From the IMG/VR virus record IMGVR_UViG_3300046004_000518, positions 46,478 through 110,477 of that record: DNA of 64,000 bases, one strand, 5' to 3'. Made by a program: the position numbers and the translations under genes. Below the pieces are notes generated by a model, which was given only the letters and a program-made list of their open reading frames with translations, was not told the origin of the DNA and did no database searches. Source of the DNA: a virus. Positions 1 through 8,919 of the stretch are shown here, piece by piece (the first letter of the stretch is position 1; the number at the start of each line of letters is the position of its first letter).

Positions 1-198
1 AAGAACCCAATCGTAGCCTTTTTCAATGAAACTAACTAGATCAATTGCTGGCTCTTTGCCGGCAACTTTAAAGCTAATCACGCAAATATCGGCATCGTCG
101 CCCATTTTACTTTTATATTCGTCGATGTGTAGTTCATTGTGAACTAAACGTTTTAAGTCGCCACTTTCTAAGTTTTCGTTAAGCTGGTTGTTGTGCAT
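1..198 (-). CDS. Phage hypothetical protein, truncated at window edge (MHNNQLNENLESGDLKRLVHNELHIDEYKSKMGDDADICVISF...)
   Basis: ATG at 198 just after the stop of 200..736; frame stays open to position 1; not in ORF track. Confidence 0.75.
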   Translation of the reverse strand, partial: MHNNQLNENLESGDLKRLVHNELHIDEYKSKMGDDADICVISFKVAGKEPAIDLVSFIEKGYDWVL

Positions 199-199
199 T

Positions 200-736
200 T
201 TATGCGATACCTTGTTCATTGCCTTGTTGATCTTCACTTGATATGTTTTCTGCTGCGTCATCACCTTCTTCGTATGCTTGATTTATATCTTCAAGATCTA
301 GGGTTTCGCTTTCTAACTCTAAACTACCTTGCTGTATTTCTTGCATTAGCTTTTTAGGCATAACAATTTTAACCAGCCACACTGGAACTTTTTTCATTTT
401 TGGCATTTTACCGCCCGGTTCAAAGTCATCTGGTTCTTTAACTTTAACTGGATATTCAAGCATGTCTTTACTATAATAAACTTCACAGTCGTAACTTAGT
501 AAACGCTCGCCACCACGTGGGTCTGGCATACGCTTGTGCGGCCACATGAATGTACAGGTTACAAAATATTTTTCGTATGCTGGCCCTTGTACTAACTCAC
601 CTTCTTTCCAGTGTTTAAACACATAAAGATCAAGTTCGTCTAATACTCGTTCAAAGTCCAATAGAGTATTCAGACTGCTGTCAGTCATAAATATTTCTTT
701 TGTATTTTGTATAACGTCTGTAATTGCTTGTGTCAT
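200..736 (-). CDS. Phage hypothetical protein with acidic C-terminus
   Basis: 178-aa ORF with a TAAATA box at 756-761 upstream. Confidence 0.75.
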   Translation of the reverse strand: MTQAITDVIQNTKEIFMTDSSLNTLLDFERVLDELDLYVFKHWKEGELVQGPAYEKYFVTCTFMWPHKRMPDPRGGERLLSYDCEVYYSKDMLEYPVKVKEPDDFEPGGKMPKMKKVPVWLVKIVMPKKLMQEIQQGSLELESETLDLEDINQAYEEGDDAAENISSEDQQGNEQGIA

Positions 737-758
737 AGTTTTAGGTTCTTTATGTTAT

Positions 759-1409
759 TTATTCAATTCCGCGAGCTTGCTTGGATTGTACACCGTGCCA
801 TACTTCCTGATCTAACCAGTATTCATCTACGTGTTTAACATACTTGGCATTAGGATCACTGGATATAAATTTAAATATATCCGGATTAGCGTAGTCTATA
901 GGAAAACTTAATAGTTTACTAATATATTTAAGGTAATGCTCGCGATGTAAAAATAATGCTTCGTTTGATAGGAAATGTATAGGAAAATCGCTGGTTAACA
1001 GCTGATTATAGTAGTATTCTTGCGCAATTGGTGTGGTTATTTCCTTACGCACTCGTAACTGTTGTTCTGCATTAATATTCATATCACGAGTGATAATAGC
1101 AATCTTAACATCTATCCCAAACCCACGTGCTTGTTGTGCTACTTCAAGTATTTTAGGAATATAACGTTGCCCATCGTAAAAGAAAGGACAGCTAACATTA
1201 GCTAGCCAATAATCCTTACCTTCAAATTGACCGGCAGTGAGACGCTCGGGGCGAACCCAATATTCAGCGAACGGTTCTAGGTCACTAGGTACCCAATATT
1301 TGTCTAGTAGACTCTTCCAACCACCTACATTTGGATGTGTACTAAGAATACGGCTGAATAAATGATTGCCACTGCCTTGTGGCCCGGTGATGATTATTAA
1401 TCGTTTCAT
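759..1409 (-). CDS. P-loop/sulfotransferase-fold protein (paralog 1)
   Basis: N-terminal IIITGPQGSGNHLFSRILSTHP resembles the sulfotransferase 5'-PSB loop/P-loop; paralog of the next gene. Confidence 0.55.
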   Translation of the reverse strand: MKRLIIITGPQGSGNHLFSRILSTHPNVGGWKSLLDKYWVPSDLEPFAEYWVRPERLTAGQFEGKDYWLANVSCPFFYDGQRYIPKILEVAQQARGFGIDVKIAIITRDMNINAEQQLRVRKEITTPIAQEYYYNQLLTSDFPIHFLSNEALFLHREHYLKYISKLLSFPIDYANPDIFKFISSDPNAKYVKHVDEYWLDQEVWHGVQSKQARGIE

Positions 1410-2044
1410 GGTTTAGTTTTAAATGTTGTTCCAAATTTATTGCCGTTGTCTAATTCATTATAGTCGATGCTGTGTATGTATTTTGCATTAGCATCATCTG
1501 TTAATATTTCATCTATTCTAGGATTATCATGTGCCACTGGTATATTAAGTTTTAAACTTTTTAAATAATCCTGTTTATATAGATACAATAGTTCATAACT
1601 TAAAAATGTTGGATTTGATAATTTAGGCAACTGCTCCAAGAACAATGGCAAGGTACTTTGTGTTCTAATGCGAGTTTGTTGAGTTGCGAGTATAGTTTGA
1701 TCACGGCCAACTATAGCTAGCTCAACTTCAACTCCTTGTGCTAATACTGCGTCTTTGAAGCCTTGTACATCAGCAGTCCATATAGGATTAATGTCACTAC
1801 CGATGATACCCAACGGTAAACTAATACTAGTAAAATAATAGTCACTTTGATTCCAATCAAATTCAGCCAATAAACTATGATCCTTCCAATGCTTGGCGAA
1901 TGGCTCTGCGAAACGATGTGCCTCCCAGTAGTTGTCTAATAGCGTTTTCCACCCATATACTTCTGGATGCAGGCTAAAGATCTTACTCCACAAATGGTTG
2001 CCAGCACCTTGCGGACCAGTCAATATTAACATCTTCTTAGCCAT
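1406..2044 (-). CDS. P-loop/sulfotransferase-fold protein (paralog 2)
   Basis: LILTGPQGAGNHLWSKIFSLHP; shares GWKxLLDxYW and EPFA with 759..1409. Confidence 0.55.
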   Translation of the reverse strand: MAKKMLILTGPQGAGNHLWSKIFSLHPEVYGWKTLLDNYWEAHRFAEPFAKHWKDHSLLAEFDWNQSDYYFTSISLPLGIIGSDINPIWTADVQGFKDAVLAQGVEVELAIVGRDQTILATQQTRIRTQSTLPLFLEQLPKLSNPTFLSYELLYLYKQDYLKSLKLNIPVAHDNPRIDEILTDDANAKYIHSIDYNELDNGNKFGTTFKTKP

Positions 2045-2576
2045 ATAATACCTTTGCTAGATCGTCTAACAATATTCCCTCGGTCCTCTCTGGATGCCAC
2101 ACCAAGCCCCATATAGGTAAGTGACTATGTTTAAATGCTTCAACAGTGCCATCATGGGGGCAAGTTGCTATGGATACTAAGTCAATCCCCAATCTGCCAA
2201 TACTATTAGTATGATGACTATTTACATAGTTTATATTACCATCGATTTCAATTTCGTGCGCAGTATTGTTGTGTCCATCGACAGGCAGGTTGACGCCACT
2301 GTGAAATTCATTAATGAAAAACGCACCGTGGCATACTCCTAATATAGGTATTCCTTTTAATAAGGCAATATTGTAGTACATTGTTTCTGTGTGGGTACGG
2401 TTTGGTGTTGCATCACCACCTGACAGAATTAACATATCGAAATCAAGAGGAATATTCGATACATTGGGTATAGGCTCTATATCGCAGTGATTTAATAACC
2501 CATACCAACCATGTTCTAAACAGTCATATGTAATGTTATTGTGTACTATTTCACGTTGTGAGATTGCTATTTTCAT
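2037..2576 (-). CDS. Class I glutamine amidotransferase / peptidase C26 family
   Basis: LSGG, nucleophile elbow GVCHG, NSHH and WHPE catalytic motifs. Confidence 0.85.
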   Translation of the reverse strand: MKIAISQREIVHNNITYDCLEHGWYGLLNHCDIEPIPNVSNIPLDFDMLILSGGDATPNRTHTETMYYNIALLKGIPILGVCHGAFFINEFHSGVNLPVDGHNNTAHEIEIDGNINYVNSHHTNSIGRLGIDLVSIATCPHDGTVEAFKHSHLPIWGLVWHPERTEGILLDDLAKVLYG

Positions 2577-2803
2577 TTGTAGTATGCAAAGTAGATTAAC
2601 CCAGCAATAATCATAAAGATCTGTGGTAAGAAGTTAGTGATTAAACTTTTCTCATTCCACTTAAATCCCACATACACCCATCCACTGGCACCGATAATTT
2701 GCAAGATGCTATTCCATGGAGTAATGCCTAAAATATGCAAAGGCATAGCACATAGAATCATTGTTGCCGAGAACCACTTGACTATTTGTGTATAATCTTT
2801 CAT
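2573..2803 (-). CDS. Small three-helix membrane protein
   Basis: Hydrophobic 76 aa; same pattern as 46586..46813. Confidence 0.65.
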   Translation of the reverse strand: MKDYTQIVKWFSATMILCAMPLHILGITPWNSILQIIGASGWVYVGFKWNEKSLITNFLPQIFMIIAGLIYFAYYK

Positions 2804-2818
2804 TGAAATCCTAGAGGT

Positions 2819-2843
2819 AAAAAAAGGGACCTAAGTCCCTTTT
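2819..2843 (-). terminator. Rho-independent terminator after the ferritin-like gene
   Basis: GGGAC-TTAG-GTCCC followed by T7 on the minus strand. Confidence 0.8.
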
Positions 2844-2864
2844 ATTTGAAACTTATACTATTAA

Positions 2865-3560
2865 TTATGCGCCGTAAGCGTCAGCAATTAATTTTGCAGC
2901 TTCGGGCAATGCTGTTGTGTTCATGCATGATACAGCAAACAAGTCCATGCGCATTGTACGTGCAATTTCTTCAACACGTGCTTGTGCATCAGCATCTGTT
3001 GCTAACAATTCTAATGAACGTGCACCAATGTTACTGTGGAAGCCTTCATCTTTAGCAATTTTAGCATAGGTTGTTGAGATGAATTCGTCTTGAATACAGT
3101 CAGCCATTTTGTTCCATACACGTTCTGCACGACCTTCAGCAATGAACTGATATGCAGCAAGTGCTAGTGGATCTTGTTGTGCTTCGTACTTAGCTAACAA
3201 TGCAGCACCTTTAGCAGTTGGGTTAGCTTCTTCGTTAGCAATTGCAGCCGCAACGTCTAATTTCTCACCAGTCATGTGTTCGATAACATCACGCACCATA
3301 CGGAAGTGATTGGCTTCATCTAATGCTTGTTTGCTAATTAACGCACAATATTCTGCTGTTGCATCTGCAGGCATATTAGCAACTTTATTAGCAATCTCTA
3401 CCATGTTCATACGTTCGTTAACCATACGACCAACAAAGTGTGTTACTAATTGCTCTTGTGTTGGGTTACTGTTGAAATATGCTTCAACTTGCATTTCACT
3501 TGCTTGAAATAGTGCTTCGTTGTCTTGTGCCATTTTAGCAACAAATTGTTTTGAGTTCAT
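2865..3560 (-). CDS. Ferritin-like di-iron protein
   Basis: Paired E...ExxH motifs (NERMN, DEANH, AEGRA, DEGFH); all-helical; AAGGA RBS. Confidence 0.8.
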   Translation of the reverse strand: MNSKQFVAKMAQDNEALFQASEMQVEAYFNSNPTQEQLVTHFVGRMVNERMNMVEIANKVANMPADATAEYCALISKQALDEANHFRMVRDVIEHMTGEKLDVAAAIANEEANPTAKGAALLAKYEAQQDPLALAAYQFIAEGRAERVWNKMADCIQDEFISTTYAKIAKDEGFHSNIGARSLELLATDADAQARVEEIARTMRMDLFAVSCMNTTALPEAAKLIADAYGA

Positions 3561-3581
3561 TTTATTATCCTTTTAATAACG

Positions 3582-4166
3582 TTATTTTTTAATTAATGTA
3601 ACTAATATATCTGGCCAGACGTTAGTTACATTAATGTCTGCGTCGAAATTATCTTTAATCCACCCGGATGTAAAGTACTCCCACTTACAGTTATTTATCA
3701 TTCCGAATTCCAAAATAGCTTTGTTTTGTGCTGAAATTTCTGCCAACATGCCTACACTATCCTTGTAAGCATTGTAGCACGGGTATTTAATTTGAAATCC
3801 ACCAGCTTCGTGCCACCATGCATAGCTTGTCATATCTGGACGGTACACTAACATAATCCACGCATCTGAGAATGTATCTTTAATTTCGTGTAACTTGTAT
3901 GCCCAATCGTGACTCTTAACTAACTTAGTACCGCCATCTGCGGTCCATGCACTGTTTATGTGCGCTGCATCTAACGTAGTTTCAAACTCCATACTGCGAC
4001 CAAAGTATGCACCAACATGTCCTGTGTAACTGTGATGACTGTATGTACGTGCAGGAGTACGGTCACTGGTATTCATGTTAGGCATTGACTCTAACACCTG
4101 TGCTATGCCACTCCATCGTGATCCGGGTACGCCTGTAAAAAATATGTGATTAGGTAATTTGCTCAT
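3582..4166 (-). CDS. Sulfotransferase/P-loop-like protein (divergent third member); start revised to MSKLPNH
   Basis: IFFTGVPGSRWSGIA loop and VKSH motif; the longer start would overlap the divergent gene. Confidence 0.55.
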   Translation of the reverse strand: MSKLPNHIFFTGVPGSRWSGIAQVLESMPNMNTSDRTPARTYSHHSYTGHVGAYFGRSMEFETTLDAAHINSAWTADGGTKLVKSHDWAYKLHEIKDTFSDAWIMLVYRPDMTSYAWWHEAGGFQIKYPCYNAYKDSVGMLAEISAQNKAILEFGMINNCKWEYFTSGWIKDNFDADINVTNVWPDILVTLIKK

Positions 4167-4178
4167 ATAAGTAATTAT
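4167..4178. promoter_or_regulatory. Overlapping divergent late-promoter-like boxes (TAAGTA on plus, TAATTA on minus), each 5 nt from an ATG
   Basis: 12-nt spacer ATAAGTAATTAT between head-to-head ATGs, with no RBS. Confidence 0.5.
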
Positions 4179-4694
4179 ATGAATCAAACAGCACTTAATA
4201 ATTATTTTGGTACCACGTGGCAATCAAATTTAAAACAATACACATACTCCGGGTGGGCATTAGTTGATAAAATTAACCCCAACGAATTAGTATTAGATGT
4301 GGGCTGTGGATTCAATGAGTTTAAATCTCGTATACCCAATCTTGTAGGTATCGATCCTGCAAACGACAAAGCCGATTTTAAACTACCTATAGAATATTTT
4401 AGAAATGATATAAAGTTTGATGTAGCATTTTGTCTAGGTAGCATTAACTTTGGTAAAGAAATTAATATAGTCAATCAGATTAGACATGTAGTTGCATGTC
4501 TCAAGCCTAAAAGTAGAATCTACTGGCGTTGCAATCCTGGCCTAGCTGATCATAACAATGAAGAATGTAAAGAGATAGACTTTTATCCATGGACTATAGA
4601 AAAACATGTAGAGTTTGCTGAATTATTTGGTTATAAGCTAACAGTTGCTAGATGGGACACTGGTAATAGAATTTATGCAGAGTGGATCTCTTAG
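4179..4694 (+). CDS. Class I SAM-dependent methyltransferase
   Basis: VLDVGCG motif I, GIDP, FDVAFCLGS. Confidence 0.85.
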   Translation: MNQTALNNYFGTTWQSNLKQYTYSGWALVDKINPNELVLDVGCGFNEFKSRIPNLVGIDPANDKADFKLPIEYFRNDIKFDVAFCLGSINFGKEINIVNQIRHVVACLKPKSRIYWRCNPGLADHNNEECKEIDFYPWTIEKHVEFAELFGYKLTVARWDTGNRIYAEWIS

Positions 4695-5001
4695 CTCAGT
4701 ATTTAGTAATTAAATCTCAAACATAACTGTGTACTTTCAACCATTTTCTTATAGTTAAATAAATTTAACATAGGAGGACAAGCGATACATAAATCAGCAT
4801 AAGTTTAATAAATTGTATACTCAGACGACAATGGTTTTAATACACTGACACTACAAGAAGGCATATTCAGACAGTCTCAATTAAACTCTGCACTACTGTA
4901 TTCACAACTACAATAATAAATTCGACCAACCTTTAATTAACAGTGGCGCAACATTTACCACACCGCATGATTAATAACTAATTAACTAACAATGGTGGAC
5001 T

Positions 5002-5781
5002 ATGACAAAACGCAGAAGCAATACAACTACAAAAGCACGTGAATTCGTAAGATTTATAGATAGTAACCCGATACCAATACCAACAGCATATAACCAAAAG
5101 AAATTTTCAAGTTTTGATTTAGTAAATGTAAGCCCAAAAACAACAAACCAACAAAAAGTTTTTGATATGTGGAATGAAGATTATTCCATGATATTAGCTG
5201 GGTCCGCCGGATCAGGTAAGAGTTTTATTGCATTATATCTTTCATTGTCTGATGTACTTGATAAGGTTAATGGATATGAAAAAATAATTATTGTACGTAG
5301 TGCAGTTCAGGCTCGAGAGCAGGGGTATGTACCTGGTACACAAGAAGAAAAGAATGCAATTTACGAATTGCCCTATACACAACTGTTTAATGATTTATTT
5401 AGAAAAACAAACCAGTATAGATTCTTAAAAGAAGCAGGCATTGTAGAATTTCACACTACTGGTAACATTCGTGGTGTAACATGGGATAATAGTATTGTTA
5501 TCTTTGATGAATTTCAAAATGCTAACTACGAAGAACTTTCAACAGTGGCAACCCGTGTTGGTCAACACTCTAAACTTATTTACTGTGGCGATATTGCACA
5601 AAACGACCTACATCGTAAAAAGAATGACATCAGTGGCTTTGCTAAATTTGTGAAGATTGCCGAAATGATACCATCATTTCGTAGTGTCTACTTCAATCAT
5701 GACGATATTGTACGTAGTGGATTTGTTCGTGAATTTATCATTGCTGAGGAAATGTGGAACGAAGCTAATCCGAATGGGTAA
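5002..5781 (+). CDS. phoH: PhoH-family ATPase
   Basis: GSAGSGKS Walker A, GYVPG, RGVTW, DEFQN, TRVG, GDIAQND, DIVRSG. Confidence 0.93.
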   Translation: MTKRRSNTTTKAREFVRFIDSNPIPIPTAYNQKKFSSFDLVNVSPKTTNQQKVFDMWNEDYSMILAGSAGSGKSFIALYLSLSDVLDKVNGYEKIIIVRSAVQAREQGYVPGTQEEKNAIYELPYTQLFNDLFRKTNQYRFLKEAGIVEFHTTGNIRGVTWDNSIVIFDEFQNANYEELSTVATRVGQHSKLIYCGDIAQNDLHRKKNDISGFAKFVKIAEMIPSFRSVYFNHDDIVRSGFVREFIIAEEMWNEANPNG

Positions 5782-6364
5782 TTAACTCAAAGATTTCTTT
5801 CCAGTTTTTAACTACAGGATATGGGCACTCATGATGCATGTTGTGCCCATGTTCGAACAATATTGATTTTAACCCAATTGCATGCCCTAAGTCTGCATTT
5901 TCGGGCTTGTCTTCAACCCACCAGAGACCACTATCTCTGTACTTCTCAAGTGCTTCGTGTTTATCTGCACCAGTATCTAAGCACACAATCTCATCAAATG
6001 TATTAGCACCAAATAACTTATTAAGATTCATTGCACGTAACTTTTGCGCATTAACATCTTTGCTTATGCTAGTGATACAGTTAAACACATAGCCATATTC
6101 TTCATGTAAGCGTTTAACATAGTACACAGCGTCACGCAATGCGGGTACAAAGCCCATAGCCGCACTTTCATTAAACAAGCGTACTAACTTCTTACTTTCA
6201 TCATGCTCGAGATCATTGTACATTAAGTGAATGTAGTATGTTAGCTTTGCATCTTCTTTAAGCACATATCCACGTTCTTGCATCCACACACGAAACGCCC
6301 ATTCCCAATCGAGCAAACAACCGTCGACATCAGTTAATATTATTTTTTTACCTTTATAATCCAT
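5765..6364 (-). CDS. HAD-superfamily 5'-nucleotidase-like protein; start revised to MDYKGKK
   Basis: TDVDG (DxD) motif and VEDK motif. Confidence 0.8.
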   Translation of the reverse strand: MDYKGKKIILTDVDGCLLDWEWAFRVWMQERGYVLKEDAKLTYYIHLMYNDLEHDESKKLVRLFNESAAMGFVPALRDAVYYVKRLHEEYGYVFNCITSISKDVNAQKLRAMNLNKLFGANTFDEIVCLDTGADKHEALEKYRDSGLWWVEDKPENADLGHAIGLKSILFEHGHNMHHECPYPVVKNWKEIFELITHSD

Positions 6365-6401
6365 AATTACCCAATCTAGTAGTACATTGATAAATAAGTA
6401 T

Positions 6402-7073
6402 ATGTTCATACAAAACAAATACACTAAAACTTATTATAACATAATTAATCGAGCTAAGTCAAGAGCAATTGACGGTTATACTGAAACACACCATATCATT
6501 CCCAGATCACTTGGTGGCGACAATAATATCGACAACTTAGTAAAATTAACTGCACGTGAACATTTTATTTGTCATCTATTATTACCTAAGATGACAACTG
6601 GTGCAAACTATCAAAAAATGTTGTATGCGTACACTATAATGTCCGGGCGCACTCTATACAATGCTAAGAAGTATGAATTCTATAGAAAAGAATATACTGT
6701 AATTAATAGCATACTTAGAACAGGATCAGGTAATGGTATGTTTGGCGCTGATAGAAGTGGTATGAAAAATACATTTTTTGGCAAGACTCATAGTGAAGAA
6801 ACTAAACGAAAAATATCAATTGCAAAAACAGGTGTCAGTACGATCATGCCACCATTCTCGCTCGAACATAAAAGAAATTTAAGTCGTGCAATGCAGGGAC
6901 GTAATGCTGTAACATATAATTTTGTGCATGACGAGCACGGTAACTTTACAGGTACTATTCAGGCATTGATAAAACATTATCCCGACACATTTACTAAAAA
7001 ATATCACAATGCAGAGATATGGAAACTTACGGCTGGACTTTACAAATCATGTAAGGGCTGGAAGTTGCTATAA
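6402..7073 (+). CDS. Free-standing HNH homing endonuclease with NUMOD3-type DNA-binding repeats; start revised to MFIQNKY
   Basis: ETHHIIPRSLGG...NLVKLTAREHFICH and FFGKTHSEETKRKIS; opposite strand to neighbours; TAAATA at 6391-6396. Confidence 0.88.
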   Translation: MFIQNKYTKTYYNIINRAKSRAIDGYTETHHIIPRSLGGDNNIDNLVKLTAREHFICHLLLPKMTTGANYQKMLYAYTIMSGRTLYNAKKYEFYRKEYTVINSILRTGSGNGMFGADRSGMKNTFFGKTHSEETKRKISIAKTGVSTIMPPFSLEHKRNLSRAMQGRNAVTYNFVHDEHGNFTGTIQALIKHYPDTFTKKYHNAEIWKLTAGLYKSCKGWKLL

Positions 7074-7388
7074 AAGATACTTGTCGCTAGGAATACTAGG
7101 AGTTTTGACGCTTATTATAGTGGTTTCTTCGAGATATTCAGATTGACTAATATCATTAGGGTATAATATATAACCCTCACCTGGACCAAATAATTTTCCA
7201 TTGGTTAATACTTTACCAGATACTATTAAAGTAATTTCTGTTATCTCGGTGTGATAATGGCTAGCACATTGACCACGAGGATTAGTCTGTACGCCAACTT
7301 CAAACTCTTTGGTACGGAATACAGCTTCAGCAAAATCTCCAATAAACCAGCCACGGGCGCCGGATTCAGATAATTTAAATTCCTTCAT
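7068..7388 (-). CDS. Cupin-fold protein
   Basis: HYHxxxxE-ITLIVSG cupin motif. Confidence 0.7.
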   Translation of the reverse strand: MKEFKLSESGARGWFIGDFAEAVFRTKEFEVGVQTNPRGQCASHYHTEITEITLIVSGKVLTNGKLFGPGEGYILYPNDISQSEYLEETTIISVKTPSIPSDKYLL

Positions 7389-7680
7389 TTAAATTATTCA
7401 CTGCATCATCAATATATTCAGCGTAGCCATCATAATAGTGTGTGAATAGCTCTTCGAAATTATTGGCATTTTTGAAGGTGTTTTTAATGATTTTAGCTTC
7501 GGTTAGGTTCAAAATCACTTGGTTTACAAGCTGTTTGTTATGTAATCCGCGGGTGATGTACACTTGCTCTTCATATTCAATATTAGCAGGATCTTTCATA
7601 TAACCTGCTTTATGAGTCTGTTTAGGATCTTTAGGTTGCCCTGTGTACTTGGCAATTAGGTAAATGCTTAGGTCTGCCAT
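7375..7680 (-). CDS. Hypothetical protein
   Basis: Start overlaps the clamp loader stop (translational coupling). Confidence 0.7.
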   Translation of the reverse strand: MADLSIYLIAKYTGQPKDPKQTHKAGYMKDPANIEYEEQVYITRGLHNKQLVNQVILNLTEAKIIKNTFKNANNFEELFTHYYDGYAEYIDDAVNNLNEGI

Positions 7681-8603
7681 TATTGTGATACCTGACTTAG
7701 TTCAATCATCATTGCCGATAGGTTAATTTCGTGATCTGCAACAAGTGGTGCGTTAACTGCGGCCTTACGAATAATTAGTATTGCTTCGTCTTGCCCTTCG
7801 TCTGTCTTAGACCATAAACTTAAATTGTTATATGCCCAAGAAATAATTTCTTCCATTTCTTCTGGACGAGCTTGTTCACATAACAGTTTACGTGCTTCAC
7901 GAATTTTACCATGTTTAAACAAATCAATCATAGCAAGTTTGTAATCACTTGTACCCGTGCCTGTTTCGTTTGGTGCTTTGAGTACATTATCTGTACTGTT
8001 CATTTGTAACAAGTTTAGGCACTTACGTAAATCTGGATAGGTTGCTTTAACATAGCTGTCCAATGTATCTAAGTCAAACTCTACACCTTCTGTTACTAAC
8101 ACAGTGGCCGCACGTGCTGTAAACTCTGTGTGATCAACTTTCTCGATATGAAAACCTTGACAACGACTGTGTAGCGCAGGAATAATCTTGTGCGGATAGT
8201 TACAGGTCATAATAAAACGTGCTGTATCACTATATGTTTCCATTAGCCCACGCAACACTGCCTGCGCACCTGGTGATAAGTAATCAGCTTCATCTAACAG
8301 GACAATTTTAAACTTGCCAAACGGCATTGTACTAACAAAGCCTTCGATGCGTGTTCTAATAAAGTCTACACCATTATCACGTGACGCATTGATTTGTAAA
8401 ATATCATACTCGTCAATGTTTAACGCTGTAATAAGAATCTTTGCTAGTGTTGTTTTACCGATACCAGCCGAACCACTGAATAGTAAGTGAGGTATTGCAC
8501 CTTCCTTAATCCATTGTTTAACTTGTTCACGTTGTGCTTCGTCGCGAAACACATAACCGTCTACGTCTTTAGGACGGTATGCTTCTACCCATAATTGTTT
8601 CAT
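7680..8603 (-). CDS. Sliding-clamp loader AAA+ subunit (T4 gp44/RFC-small-like)
   Basis: WVEAYRP, GSAGIGKT, INASR, LDEAD, SRC motifs. Confidence 0.95.
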   Translation of the reverse strand: MKQLWVEAYRPKDVDGYVFRDEAQREQVKQWIKEGAIPHLLFSGSAGIGKTTLAKILITALNIDEYDILQINASRDNGVDFIRTRIEGFVSTMPFGKFKIVLLDEADYLSPGAQAVLRGLMETYSDTARFIMTCNYPHKIIPALHSRCQGFHIEKVDHTEFTARAATVLVTEGVEFDLDTLDSYVKATYPDLRKCLNLLQMNSTDNVLKAPNETGTGTSDYKLAMIDLFKHGKIREARKLLCEQARPEEMEEIISWAYNNLSLWSKTDEGQDEAILIIRKAAVNAPLVADHEINLSAMMIELSQVSQ

Positions 8604-8764
8604 TGATCGCCTTTGGCTGTTGATGGTTTAAATGGACTGTTGAGAGTGGACAATTCGTCGGCTATTCTGCGCATATCTATGCTTAATTTGCATTGCCCAA
8701 ATGCTTCTTCAACTTTTCTTGCTAGATTATGTTGGTCAATTATTACTTGATCTAAATCGTTCAC
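8600..8764 (-). CDS. Small hypothetical protein (54 aa, MNDLDQVIIDQHNLARK...)
   Basis: GTG start overlapping the upstream stop; ATGA overlap with clamp loader start; not in ORF track. Confidence 0.6.
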   Translation of the reverse strand: MNDLDQVIIDQHNLARKVEEAFGQCKLSIDMRRIADELSTLNSPFKPSTAKGDQ

Positions 8765-8919
8765 ACTAATTCCTCTACGATTCCTAATATTTCTGCCAGG
8801 ATAAACAAAACCCCAGCACTTACTAACATATTAGCACATAAAAAGCCGCCTGCCAATATGCGCAGGCCACTTTTGGCAAAACTAACTACTTGATGTTTCC
8901 ACGGATCTGGATGTTGCAT
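8761..8919 (-). CDS. Small membrane protein (52 aa, MQHPDPWKHQVVSFAKSGLRIL...GIVEELV)
   Basis: TAATG coupling to the groES-like gene; hydrophobic; not in ORF track. Confidence 0.7.
   Translation of the reverse strand: MQHPDPWKHQVVSFAKSGLRILAGGFLCANMLVSAGVLFILAEILGIVEELV

Noticed and set aside
6387-7073. Group I intron around the HNH gene
   Set aside because: The flanking genes are complete and there is no non-coding space for an intron core
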